Source of the DNA: a virus
Lineage: Duplodnaviria; Caudoviricetes
Reading direction: 5' to 3' (one strand)
DNA length: 64,000 nucleotides
Virus record (IMG/VR): IMGVR_UViG_2931439988_000001
Span: 120 to 64,119 of that record
A program made the translations under genes and the position numbers. Shown here piece by piece: positions 9,855 to 18,617 of the stretch. The notes under the pieces were generated by a model. That model saw only the letters and a list, made by a program, of their open reading frames with translations, was not told where the DNA came from and searched no databases. Position 1 is the stretch's first letter; every line of letters starts with the position of its first letter.

Positions 9855-10366
9855 TGAACAAATATAATGCAACCAAAGTGATCGTCACTGAAGACGGGAC
9901 ATTGTTCTCGGAATGGATCGTTAAAAAGCACAATCTGGATATAACCGGTACACGATTTGACAGCGTGGCTGAGGGCGAGTATTACCAACTTCTCCTCCAG
10001 CAGAAGAAATACGGAGATATCAAAGATTTCGAGTGTCATCCTAAATTTGTTCTTCAAGAGAAACCGAAGGTCACTTACATTGCTGACTTCCTGGTAACGG
10101 AATTAGATGGCAGTCAGCGGGTGGTGGATATAAAAGGAATGGAGACCTCCACATTCCGAGTCAAACTGAAACTATTCCAAGCTAAATATCCGACTTTACC
10201 AATATATATACTTGTTAAAAAGCGAGGAGAATTCATTGCTCTTGCACAATACAAGAAGGAAAAATCAGCGCGTAAACGAGCGGCGAATGCACTTAAAAAA
10301 CGAGTAGATGAAGGGAGTAAGCAAAATGAAAATCAAACATACTGTAATCAAAAACGAGGACATTAA
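9854..10366 (+). CDS. DUF1064-like PD-(D/E)xK nuclease
   Basis: FDSVAEGEYY...ECHPKFVLQ...YIADF...VVDIKGMET..F..K.KLF. Confidence 0.8.
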   Translation: MNKYNATKVIVTEDGTLFSEWIVKKHNLDITGTRFDSVAEGEYYQLLLQQKKYGDIKDFECHPKFVLQEKPKVTYIADFLVTELDGSQRVVDIKGMETSTFRVKLKLFQAKYPTLPIYILVKKRGEFIALAQYKKEKSARKRAANALKKRVDEGSKQNENQTYCNQKRGH

Positions 10367-10619
10367 TAAGCATCTTAACCAACAGGAGAAAGAAGACTTG
10401 CTGCGCTTGTTTCATAAAATTCAGTATGGTCGAGTTTCAGAGGGAAAAGTTGGGTTCAACATGTACCTGGTAGTAAATACAGACGAAACTTACGCTGAAG
10501 ACCTTGTACGGATCTTACAGGAAAACGGTCATTGGGGTCCAACACACGATCCAAATCAAATCGAGTTTCGGCAAGAGGGTAATACGATGGAGCTTCCAGA
10601 ATTTAAGAATCCCGTCTGA
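10326..10619 (+). CDS. Hypothetical protein
   Basis: ORF with RBS AAGGGAG. Confidence 0.6.
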   Translation: MKIKHTVIKNEDINKHLNQQEKEDLLRLFHKIQYGRVSEGKVGFNMYLVVNTDETYAEDLVRILQENGHWGPTHDPNQIEFRQEGNTMELPEFKNPV

Positions 10620-10646
10620 ATTAAAATTAAAAAGGAGCACAGAGGT

Positions 10647-10868
10647 TTAATCTTCCTCTTGCTCCTGCTCTTTAAACAAATCTTCTACGCCGACACCTAG
10701 CGCTCTTGCAATAGTGAACAAATGCGTAGACTCATGTCGGCTATTTCTATCAAATCTACTTAACGACCCCTGAGGAATACCGGTCATATCTGATAATTGT
10801 TGTTGAGTAATCCCCTTTTCTTTTAAAAGAGGCATTAAATTAGGTTTCACGTTAATCATAGCAGCCAC
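10647..10868 (-). CDS. Small XRE-family HTH regulator
   Basis: LLKEKGITQQQLSDMTGIPQGSLSRF...IARALGVGVEDLF; RBS AAAGGGTGG. Confidence 0.9.
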   Translation of the reverse strand: MAAMINVKPNLMPLLKEKGITQQQLSDMTGIPQGSLSRFDRNSRHESTHLFTIARALGVGVEDLFKEQEQEED

Positions 10869-10883
10869 CCTTTCAAAGAGATT

Positions 10884-10984
10884 ATACGATAACGAATATT
10901 TATTAGCAAGATGGATTGACTGAATATTCGATATCGTATATGATTAGGTCAAGAACAAATATACGTAATACGATAACGAATATA
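10884..10984. promoter_or_regulatory. Three 17-bp operators plus a sigma-A-like promoter
   Basis: ATACGATAACGAATATT at 10884, inverted copy at 10923 (1 mismatch), direct copy at 10968; TTGACT(10916)-17-TATGAT. Confidence 0.75.
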
Positions 10985-11004
10985 ATAATGGGGGCTGAAT
11001 CACT

Positions 11005-11166
11005 TTGAGAAGAACTTACAAAGAAACACCGTACTGGACCGATGGATATTGGGAATTTGAATACGACCTCACTTTACTTACCATCTGGATTAGAGAGTTG
11101 AAAGTTCGTCTGAGCGAACGGAAACAGGCCATTAGGCTCAGAGCGTTCACTGGATATGTCCAGTGA
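11005..11166 (+). CDS. Small hypothetical protein, 53 aa
   Basis: TTG start after GGGGG; RRTYKETPYWTDGYWEFEYDLTLLTIWIRELKVRL. Confidence 0.5.
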   Translation: MRRTYKETPYWTDGYWEFEYDLTLLTIWIRELKVRLSERKQAIRLRAFTGYVQ

Positions 11167-11279
11167 GGTTGGCACCACTCAGAGGCGAAGGAAACATTTC
11201 CTGACCTCAACCAAGAAACAATTTACTGGAACGATCAACATTGTACTGGAACTTAATAGTCAATTGGGAGGTGTGCTCT

Positions 11280-11459
11280 GTGACTGAAGCTGAGAAAGAT
11301 GAATTCTCCACAGCCTTATCTGAAAGGTATGCACAGGTTAAACAATTAAGTTCTTCTAACAGAGAATTGATAAACACTTGGGATGCGGTGATTAGTGACT
11401 TGCCTCTCGATATAAAATCAAAGTTTGAAGAAAAGCAGAGTCAACTTTCGGCTTTGTAA
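11280..11459 (+). CDS. Small hypothetical protein
   Basis: RBS GGGAGG, GTG start. Confidence 0.6.
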   Translation: MTEAEKDEFSTALSERYAQVKQLSSSNRELINTWDAVISDLPLDIKSKFEEKQSQLSAL

Positions 11460-11472
11460 AGGAGGTTTGGAT

Positions 11473-11655
11473 GTGAGTACTGTAGATTTGAACAATTTTG
11501 ACGAACAGCCTACCGAAGTGCAACAAGCTATAGTTTTTTATGTTGGATACACAGTAAACGGAGTAAAAGCTACTGCTCAGGAAAGACAGGTTCATTACGC
11601 TGTTTTAGAGCGTGCTGGATTGTTGGAACCTATAAAATCCGTAGTGGGTATGTAG
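11473..11655 (+). CDS. Small hypothetical protein
   Basis: RBS AAGGAGG, GTG start. Confidence 0.6.
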   Translation: MSTVDLNNFDEQPTEVQQAIVFYVGYTVNGVKATAQERQVHYAVLERAGLLEPIKSVVGM

Positions 11656-11704
11656 TGAATTAGGTTCAAAATATAAGTATAAGGACAGGAAAAACGTTGG
11701 AAAG

Positions 11705-12382
11705 GTGGATGAGGAAATGGCCCATCAAACATTCTGGAAACCGGAGAAAAAAGTAAAAGAAAAGAAAATGAGCAGCTTCGGGCGGAGTAAGAAAGACAAA
11801 AAGCCTGTACCGGAATGGAAGAAGGACATTTTATCCCATCACCAATCCAGACCAGGCTCGAAGGAGCGCGGCGATTTCCCGAAAGAAGTCATAGCTCAGC
11901 TTATCGAAGAATCAAATGGGATTTGTGAATGCTGCAAGATTATTGAAGCAACAACTACTCACCATGTATATCCGCGAGGCAGAAAAGGACGAGGAGTTAA
12001 AACCAACGGCCTCCGACTTTGTTGGCCCTGTCATGATCGGATTCAAACCAATGAAGAATTACTCCAATTTTGGATTTCCGCCTTCCGTGATAAATATGGA
12101 GACCGCTTCTGGTTTGATGAACAAGATTGGGATGAATACAATCGGAAGCAAGATGCGCAGCAGAAAGTGGATCAGGAAAAACAGAACCGTCAGCAATCTT
12201 TAAACCCGGTTAAGGAACTTATCTCTTCGGCTGCAGGACGTTCATTGAATGCAAAAGAGGTCAGGCTTATTGAAATGATGGATGATAAACAAATGGCAAT
12301 TTTCGAGACTTTAATTAACGATATTACAAGAGTTGATGAGAAGCATCAATTGCCGTTTGGATATGGTCACTTCGATGATTAA
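11705..12382 (+). CDS. HNH endonuclease-domain protein
   Basis: CECC...TTTHHVYPRGRKGRGVKTNGLRLCWPCHDRI. Confidence 0.8.
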   Translation: MDEEMAHQTFWKPEKKVKEKKMSSFGRSKKDKKPVPEWKKDILSHHQSRPGSKERGDFPKEVIAQLIEESNGICECCKIIEATTTHHVYPRGRKGRGVKTNGLRLCWPCHDRIQTNEELLQFWISAFRDKYGDRFWFDEQDWDEYNRKQDAQQKVDQEKQNRQQSLNPVKELISSAAGRSLNAKEVRLIEMMDDKQMAIFETLINDITRVDEKHQLPFGYGHFDD

Positions 12383-12446
12383 GATACATCTAGTTCGCCT
12401 AACAACGTAAATTAAGAGTATTAGTGGATAGGGAGGGATAGAGCAT

Positions 12447-14222
12447 ATGAAAGAAATCATCGTTGATAATTTCGCAGGCGGTGGCGGTGCCAGTACGGGG
12501 ATTGAGTTGGCAACCGGTCGCAGTGTAGATATAGCAATTAATCACGACCCAGCAGCTATTGCAATGCATGAGGTCAATCACCCAGATACGGAGCACTATT
12601 GTGAATCTGTGTGGGAAGTGAACCCGGTTGAAGCAGTAAAAGGTCGTCCAGTGGGGCTGGCTTGGTTCAGCCCTGATTGCAAACACTTCTCCAAGGCTAA
12701 AGGAGGCAAGCCGGTTGCAAAAGAGATCCGCGGTTTGGCATGGGTCGCAGTTCGGTGGGCAGCAACGGTTAAACCGAGGGTTATCATGCTGGAAAACGTG
12801 GAGGAATTCACGACATGGGGTCCGTTAACAGCAGATGGTTACCCAGACAAGGAACAGAAGGGCCGGACGTTTCATACCTTCGTGAATGCTCTAAGTCGAC
12901 AGGGATACAAGGTCGAATGGAAAGAGTTGCGAGCATGTGATTATGGAGCGCCTACGATCCGCAAGCGGTTGTTCATGGTTGCGCGGAGGGATGGAAGTCC
13001 CATTGTCTGGCCCGAGCCAACGCACGGAGCACCGGACAGCCCGGACGTGAAAGCAGGGAAACGGCTTCCATGGAGAACAGCAGCTGAAATTATTGACTGG
13101 TCTATCCCTTGCCCTTCGATATTCGAACGGAAAAAGCCTCTTGCCGAAAACACGATGCGCCGTATAGCACGTGGCATGCAGAAGTTCGTCATAGACAATC
13201 CTGAGCCATTCGTAATGCGCGTCAACTTCTCTGGCAGCAATCACCATTACTGTGATTCTGTAAATGAGCCGTTGAAGACAATCACGGCAAAGAACGGATG
13301 GGGATTGGTTACACCATATATTGCGAGGATTGGGCAGACGGGATATGCCGGGGATCGGTTGCAATACAAGGCTACTGACCCGCTGACGACCATTACAACC
13401 AAGGCAGAACATTTACTTGTGACTCCGGTTCTTGGGGTTAATACAACAGGGCATCCTGGTAGCCCTCCAGAAGAACCACTTCGGACGGTGACGACAGGAA
13501 ATCAGCACATGTTAATCAGCCCTGCACTGATACAGATGGGTTACGGAGACCCAGAAGGTCGAAGGGTGCTGGATCTGAATAAACCGCTTGGAACGGTGAC
13601 AGCAGGAGGAAACAAATTCGCCATAGCTTCAGCATTCATTGCCCGTCACTTCGGAGAATCAGTTGGCAGCTCAGTCGATGATCCGATAGGAACTGTAACC
13701 GCAGGAGGAGGCGGGAAAAGTGCCCTCGTCACAAGTCATCTGGTCAAGATGCGCGGGACCAATACAGGTCAGCCGGTTACAGACCCGCTTCAAACGATTA
13801 CGGCAGGTGGGCTGCACTTTGGAGAGGTTAGGGCCTTCCTTCTCAAGTATTACGGTAGCGCCGAAAACGGCCAGACCATAGACAAGCCGTTGCACACGAT
13901 AACAACGAAAGACCGGTTCGGGCTAGTGACAATTAAAGGCGTGGATTACCAAATTATCGATATAGGAATGCGGATGCTGGAGCCGCAAGAGTTGTTTGCC
14001 GCTCAGGGATTCCCGAGCAACTACACTATCGCAGTTGATGCGAACGGTCAGAAGTACTCCAAGAGCGCCCAAGTAGCTCGGTGTGGAAATGCGGTACCTC
14101 CACCGTTTGCTCAAGCTTTGGTCCGGGCTAATCTGCCGGAAATATGCACAGGATCGGGAAATAACCTTACTCTGGAGCGGTATTCAGAGCAGGAAACTGG
14201 GCAGATGGCATTCAGTATATAG
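12447..14222 (+). CDS. DNA cytosine-C5 methyltransferase (orphan)
   Basis: DNFAGGGG motif I, SPDCKHFS motif IV, ENVEEF motif VI, C-terminal QVARCGNAV; seven PLxTxT repeats. Confidence 0.92.
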   Translation: MKEIIVDNFAGGGGASTGIELATGRSVDIAINHDPAAIAMHEVNHPDTEHYCESVWEVNPVEAVKGRPVGLAWFSPDCKHFSKAKGGKPVAKEIRGLAWVAVRWAATVKPRVIMLENVEEFTTWGPLTADGYPDKEQKGRTFHTFVNALSRQGYKVEWKELRACDYGAPTIRKRLFMVARRDGSPIVWPEPTHGAPDSPDVKAGKRLPWRTAAEIIDWSIPCPSIFERKKPLAENTMRRIARGMQKFVIDNPEPFVMRVNFSGSNHHYCDSVNEPLKTITAKNGWGLVTPYIARIGQTGYAGDRLQYKATDPLTTITTKAEHLLVTPVLGVNTTGHPGSPPEEPLRTVTTGNQHMLISPALIQMGYGDPEGRRVLDLNKPLGTVTAGGNKFAIASAFIARHFGESVGSSVDDPIGTVTAGGGGKSALVTSHLVKMRGTNTGQPVTDPLQTITAGGLHFGEVRAFLLKYYGSAENGQTIDKPLHTITTKDRFGLVTIKGVDYQIIDIGMRMLEPQELFAAQGFPSNYTIAVDANGQKYSKSAQVARCGNAVPPPFAQALVRANLPEICTGSGNNLTLERYSEQETGQMAFSI

Positions 14223-14241
14223 AAGGGAAGGAAGGACTGTC

Positions 14242-14673
14242 ATGAAGGCTATAACAATTATTCAGCCGTGGGCGACATTGATCGCCATTGGAGCAAAACA
14301 ATATGAAACACGCAGCTGGCCTACTAAGCATCGGGGCGAGATTGCCATCCATGCCGGGAAGAAGATCGACAAGGATGCCTGCAAGTATCCTGAGATTCGC
14401 GCAGCACTAGAACAGCATGGATACACAGTAGATAACCTGCCAACGGGTGCGGTTGTAGCGATTGCTAAACTGACCAACTGCCTTAAATCGGTGGATACAT
14501 GGACAGATGGTTATGAGTTGGAAGGAAACAGATTGGTTTACTCTCCAGAATATGAATTCGGAGACTTTGAACCTGGGCGATATGCATGGGAAATGTCGGA
14601 TGTAAAGATGCTTATGAAGCCTCTGGCAGCTAAAGGCCAGCAAGGATTGTGGAACTTTGCAAACCAATCTTAA
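14242..14673 (+). CDS. ASCH domain protein
   Basis: MKAITIIQPWATLIAIGAKQYETRSW...IAIHAGK...KGQQGLW. Confidence 0.88.
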   Translation: MKAITIIQPWATLIAIGAKQYETRSWPTKHRGEIAIHAGKKIDKDACKYPEIRAALEQHGYTVDNLPTGAVVAIAKLTNCLKSVDTWTDGYELEGNRLVYSPEYEFGDFEPGRYAWEMSDVKMLMKPLAAKGQQGLWNFANQS

Positions 14674-14717
14674 GGCAAGGGGCCTTTGAGCCTCTCCCTA
14701 CTAGGAGGATATACAAG

Positions 14718-15155
14718 ATGCGTGAGATTAAATTCCGCGGAAAATCTTTAGATAACGGCATGATGGTGTACGGTAACTTGTCTGTTCAACATGACGGAAC
14801 ATGGGTCGATTGTGGAAATGTAAACGAGGCGAAATGGATACCGGTTGATCCCGAGACAGTAGGCCAATACATCGGTTTCAATGATCGAGATGACAGAAAA
14901 ATTTACCAAGGCGATATCATAGCAGTCGATTGCGATTGTGACCCGGGAGATTATGCTACCTGCAGGCATGACCCTACTTTGAACATTGTGATATGGGATC
15001 AAGAAGAAGCCAGTTTCGCCTTCAGAGGAATAACGTTCCGTGCAGATGACATGCATGCGGACTACACGGATGCATGGGATGTTGTGGGTAATATTTACGA
15101 CAATCCTGAGCTGTTGACTCCCAACGAAGGAGCGGATAAGCATGACGCTGTATGA
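14718..15155 (+). CDS. YopX family protein
   Basis: MREIKFRGK...VDPETVGQY...IYQGDII...VVGNIYDNPELL. Confidence 0.88.
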   Translation: MREIKFRGKSLDNGMMVYGNLSVQHDGTWVDCGNVNEAKWIPVDPETVGQYIGFNDRDDRKIYQGDIIAVDCDCDPGDYATCRHDPTLNIVIWDQEEASFAFRGITFRADDMHADYTDAWDVVGNIYDNPELLTPNEGADKHDAV

Positions 15156-15522
15156 ATTCGGAGCAAGAGCATGGGATACCGAAACCAAAGAGATGTCATA
15201 CGAATTCTTAGATCGGAACTGGTTGAAGGTATGCATATGGTCACCATACATGGTGTTGATGCTTAAATCCGGGGTGAAAGACAGCAAAGGTAAGGATTAC
15301 TACGATGGCGATATCGTTAAAGTAAGCAAGTTGAATTTTGAGAGTAGCGGCCCATTGCCTGAAAATCTGGTAGTGAGGTTATATGGAGGCATGTTCCAGT
15401 TATTTAGAGGCAACGAGCCTTTAATGGGCTTGCATTTGGGATATATAGAAGACGGAGAAGTGATCGGGAATATCTACGAAAACCCTGAACTTTTTGGTGG
15501 GGAAGGAGCGGATACAGAATGA
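15142..15522 (+). CDS. YopX family protein (second copy)
   Basis: FGARAWD...KDSKGKDYYDGDIV...EVIGNIYENPEL. Confidence 0.85.
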   Translation: MTLYEFGARAWDTETKEMSYEFLDRNWLKVCIWSPYMVLMLKSGVKDSKGKDYYDGDIVKVSKLNFESSGPLPENLVVRLYGGMFQLFRGNEPLMGLHLGYIEDGEVIGNIYENPELFGGEGADTE

Positions 15523-15728
15523 TAGAGTGGCGTAAATACGAATCCACAGACCGGAGTATCCCGAGTCATGTAGATCACATTGTAACGAATGGGCGTAATA
15601 CCTTAATCGCCCAGCATGCAAGCATTCCTGGCACTGGTAAGTATGGCTGGAGAATCAACAATGCTTTAATACCGTGGGTAACGCACTGGTCGCCCATAAA
15701 CCAACCTGAAAGCGAGGGGACGGAATGA
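15519..15728 (+). CDS. Hypothetical protein (DUF551-like)
   Basis: MIEW...VTHWSPINQP; overlapping stop/start. Confidence 0.6.
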   Translation: MIEWRKYESTDRSIPSHVDHIVTNGRNTLIAQHASIPGTGKYGWRINNALIPWVTHWSPINQPESEGTE

Positions 15729-15955
15729 ACAACCGTGTAGCTGGTTTGATAAATGAGTGGGAAGGCGTAGCTCCAGAGGATTTGATTGAAGCTATAAACG
15801 AACGTGATCAAACAATGAAAGAGCTGACTGAAATTAATGCCAAGATTGCTTCCGACCGGGACCAGGTCAAGAGGGAACTTGAGTGGTTCGAAAATCGGTG
15901 CTTGGAATTGATGAGAGAAAAATGTAAACGGGAGATCGGGGAGGGAATGGCATGA
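15725..15955 (+). CDS. Hypothetical coiled-coil protein
   Basis: Coupled ORF. Confidence 0.6.
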   Translation: MNNRVAGLINEWEGVAPEDLIEAINERDQTMKELTEINAKIASDRDQVKRELEWFENRCLELMREKCKREIGEGMA

Positions 15956-16593
15956 GCACAGAAGAGATTATTGTCACACCTAAGCAAGAAGACATTGATG
16001 ATACCAATAAGATTATCCAGTTAAACTTTTTTTCGGATGTGGATGAAGAAGATATTCGTAAAACCAAATGGCTTCTCGGAAAATATGTAGACATGGTCGA
16101 CATCATAAAAAACTATGAATTTTCGCTTCAGCAGATTGAAAACGGGATGTCAGCATACGAGTTGTTGTCTGCGGAGGGATCGGTTGCAAAACGTGAATCT
16201 GGGCATGAATTAACTGCTGATGTCACAGCGAACGCGATAATTATGAAGGACAAGCGGCACGCCAACTACAAACTTTACGTAGCAATATCAAACAATGTCC
16301 GATTTGCAATAAATAATCTAAGAGATCCTCACGAAGGGGTAGCAGCAAGATTACTATTTTTGGAGGGTAAGAAGTACTTGAAGGCTCAAGAATACATGGA
16401 AAAAGGATACCGCAAGGACGTTCCTGGTATTGCAGCAACGACGTTTGCGGATAAACGCCGTAGAGCTATAGCTAACATTGCGAACAGTTTGAAATTCAAT
16501 CGGACATTAGATTTTGTAACAATTGACTATGGAAGAGGACGGAATGAAGAAGGAGAAATAGGGCTACGGACACCTGATCAAATTAGACCATAA
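15952..16593 (+). CDS. Probable late transcription regulator (ArpU/RinA-like position)
   Basis: Last gene of the early operon; C-terminal sigma-region-4-like helix pattern (RLLFLEG...TTFADKRRRAI). Confidence 0.55.
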   Translation: MSTEEIIVTPKQEDIDDTNKIIQLNFFSDVDEEDIRKTKWLLGKYVDMVDIIKNYEFSLQQIENGMSAYELLSAEGSVAKRESGHELTADVTANAIIMKDKRHANYKLYVAISNNVRFAINNLRDPHEGVAARLLFLEGKKYLKAQEYMEKGYRKDVPGIAATTFADKRRRAIANIANSLKFNRTLDFVTIDYGRGRNEEGEIGLRTPDQIRP

Positions 16594-16622
16594 AAACAGC
16601 TCACCAATTTAGCTGTAAGATG

Positions 16623-16670
16623 TTGCATGTTGATATCTTTCATGATATCATGATATCACGGAAGATATCA
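16623..16670 (+). promoter_or_regulatory. TA promoter overlapped by a 40-bp palindromic operator
   Basis: TTGCAT-17-TATCAT with extended TG; 16631-16670 is a near-perfect inverted repeat built of four GATATC boxes. Confidence 0.7.
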
Positions 16671-16719
16671 GACATCATGAGTTCATTGATAATAAAATAA
16701 AAAGAGAGAAGGAAAACAC

Positions 16720-17070
16720 ATGGACGATGTTGTTTACTACGAAACTGAGAATGGAAATTCCGAAATTAGGAAATTCCTCCAAAGCCACAACAAAAAAGCT
16801 TTAAAGGGGAACAAAGCGTCCGCTGACTTGTTGGATAGTTTCGTGTATGCCATGGAACGTTATTTAGATGGCATGCCCCACTCCAGTCCGTTACGCCAAG
16901 GTTTATTCGAATTGCGGTTTAAAGACTGCCGGATTACTTACTTCATATGTAAAGGAAAGATGGTATTGTTGACGGTGTTTGATAAGAAGACTAATCGAAC
17001 TCCAACTCAAGAATTCGACCGAGCATTGAAGCGTAAAAAAGATTGGGAAAAACGTTGCGGAAAAAAGTAG
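16720..17070 (+). CDS. RelE/HigB-like (Gp49-type) toxin
   Basis: LRQGLFELRF..CRITYF...MVLLTVFDKKTNRTPTQEFDRALKR. Confidence 0.85.
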   Translation: MDDVVYYETENGNSEIRKFLQSHNKKALKGNKASADLLDSFVYAMERYLDGMPHSSPLRQGLFELRFKDCRITYFICKGKMVLLTVFDKKTNRTPTQEFDRALKRKKDWEKRCGKK

Positions 17071-17125
17071 TGGTATGGGGGCATCGCCCCCTTAATCCCC
17101 ATTATTAATTTAAGGAGGTAATGAA

Positions 17126-17449
17126 ATGGATCGCGAAAAAAATGATTCAGTATGTTCGAAAACTTGGAAAGACTTAAAAAGTGAATTAACTTATCGAAGT
17201 AAAGATGAGCTGGAGGTGATATCACAAATGGCCATAATCGTAAATGGGTTAACGAATAAAAGGATCGAATTAAATTTAACTCAAAGGGAATTAGCAAAAA
17301 TGGCTGGAATGACGCAAGCTCAAATAGCTAGATTAGAAAATTCTTATTCAGTTCCATCTTTAGAAACAATAATGAAAGTTGCAGTAGCATTAGGAATAAA
17401 AATAGGAATAGTTGAATCAATAAATGAGCAGTCTGGAGCATTAGCCTAA
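17126..17449 (+). CDS. HigA-like XRE antitoxin
   Basis: RIELNLTQRELAKMAGMTQAQIARLEN...PSLETIMKVAVALG; downstream of toxin. Confidence 0.85.
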   Translation: MDREKNDSVCSKTWKDLKSELTYRSKDELEVISQMAIIVNGLTNKRIELNLTQRELAKMAGMTQAQIARLENSYSVPSLETIMKVAVALGIKIGIVESINEQSGALA

Positions 17450-17494
17450 GGTTAAGTTAATATGGGATTAAACAACACGTCCATGTTGTTATTT

Positions 17495-17519
17495 AGAAGC
17501 CGAAAGGCTTCTTTTTTTT
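17495..17519 (+). terminator. Intrinsic terminator
   Basis: AGAAGCC-GAAA-GGCTTCT followed by a T tract. Confidence 0.85.
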
Positions 17520-17627
17520 AGTAAAACAGCAGTAACTGTGTATTAAAAACATGTTACCTTAAATCCATACAATACCGCATTTTGATAGGTCGCTGAAAAG
17601 CGGCCTTTTTGGATTGGAGGGAAGAAC

Positions 17628-17798
17628 ATGGAGGTTAACTATTTCAGCAGAAATGAACCGGCTATACCAAGGGTATCAGATAAACAGCCGGTGCAGTGTC
17701 GTGGGTGTGGGTGGGGAACATGGACGGGAGTGAATCAGTTATGTATTATACCGAGATGTTGGAAGAAGGATCATGATCCAGAGAAGGTGATTAAATGA
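17628..17798 (+). CDS. Four-Cys microprotein, 56 aa (paralog of 23687-23842)
   Basis: RBS GGAGGG; KQPVQCRGCGWGTWTGVNQLCIIPRCW. Confidence 0.7.
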   Translation: MEVNYFSRNEPAIPRVSDKQPVQCRGCGWGTWTGVNQLCIIPRCWKKDHDPEKVIK

Positions 17799-18355
17799 GG
17801 AAAGTCCAGCCGATCCGTGATGAACGAGTTATAGATGGGATGAAGGAATACTTTTATATACGAAGCATGCGCAATTACTTATTTTTTTGTATGGGTATAT
17901 ACAGCGGCTTGCGCGTTTCTGACTTGCTAAGTCTTAAGGTGTGGCAAACGAAAGGTACACACATCAGCATGGTCGAGCAAAAGAACAAGCATGCTAAAAC
18001 ATTTATCATTCATCCAAGTATTCGATCAGATCTGGATGAGTACACTGCTGACATGCTTCCGACAGATTGTTTATTTCCGAGTCGCCAGCTTAAAACAGTA
18101 AGCCGAATGCGGAAACAGCCGATTGATCGGAGCACTGCATATCGTTTTCTGAGTGAAGCAGCTCGTGAATTCAGATTGAAAGATATAGGCGTTCACTCAT
18201 TGCGAAAGACCTGGGCATACCGTCTGTATATGGACGATCCAGAGAATTTAGCGTTACTAATGGAGATGTTCGGACACAGCGACCCAAGGGAAACATTGGA
18301 CTATATTGGACTTACTCAGGACATGATGGACAGAGCAATTCTTAAGTTGAGATAA
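17795..18355 (+). CDS. Small tyrosine recombinase (catalytic domain only)
   Basis: GLRVSD (R), HSLRK (HxxR), FGHS (H), DYIG (Y). Confidence 0.92.
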   Translation: MRKVQPIRDERVIDGMKEYFYIRSMRNYLFFCMGIYSGLRVSDLLSLKVWQTKGTHISMVEQKNKHAKTFIIHPSIRSDLDEYTADMLPTDCLFPSRQLKTVSRMRKQPIDRSTAYRFLSEAAREFRLKDIGVHSLRKTWAYRLYMDDPENLALLMEMFGHSDPRETLDYIGLTQDMMDRAILKLR

Positions 18356-18357
18356 AA

Positions 18358-18478
18358 TGAGTGAAACATAATACAACGATTAGTTCACTCACAAAAGAAA
18401 TATCATGGCATTAGATGAAGAAACACAATATTTTATACCTAAACTGAGTGAAACACTATTACCTTTATGTTTCAGTCA
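18358..18478. other. Two 34-bp lox-like (13-8-13) palindromic sites
   Basis: TGAGTGAAACATA-ATACAACG-ATTAGTTCACTCA (18358-18391) and TGAGTGAAACACT-ATTACCTT-TATGTTTCAGTCA (18445-18478). Confidence 0.65.
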
Positions 18479-18617
18479 GTTTACATTATTTAGTGAATAC
18501 GAGTACAGAACAACAGCCTGCGATTCAGACGGAGGCTTAATTTGATTCGTAACGTTTGACTATTACTGACCTTAAATAGGAATTCCAACTCAATTACATG
18601 AAAGTGGTGATAATTTT

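Noticed and set aside
12399-14667. Long antisense ORFs over the methyltransferase/ASCH genes (similar ones lie over terL, portal, TMP and tail genes)
   Set aside because: No RBS, no recognisable motifs; shadows of real genes
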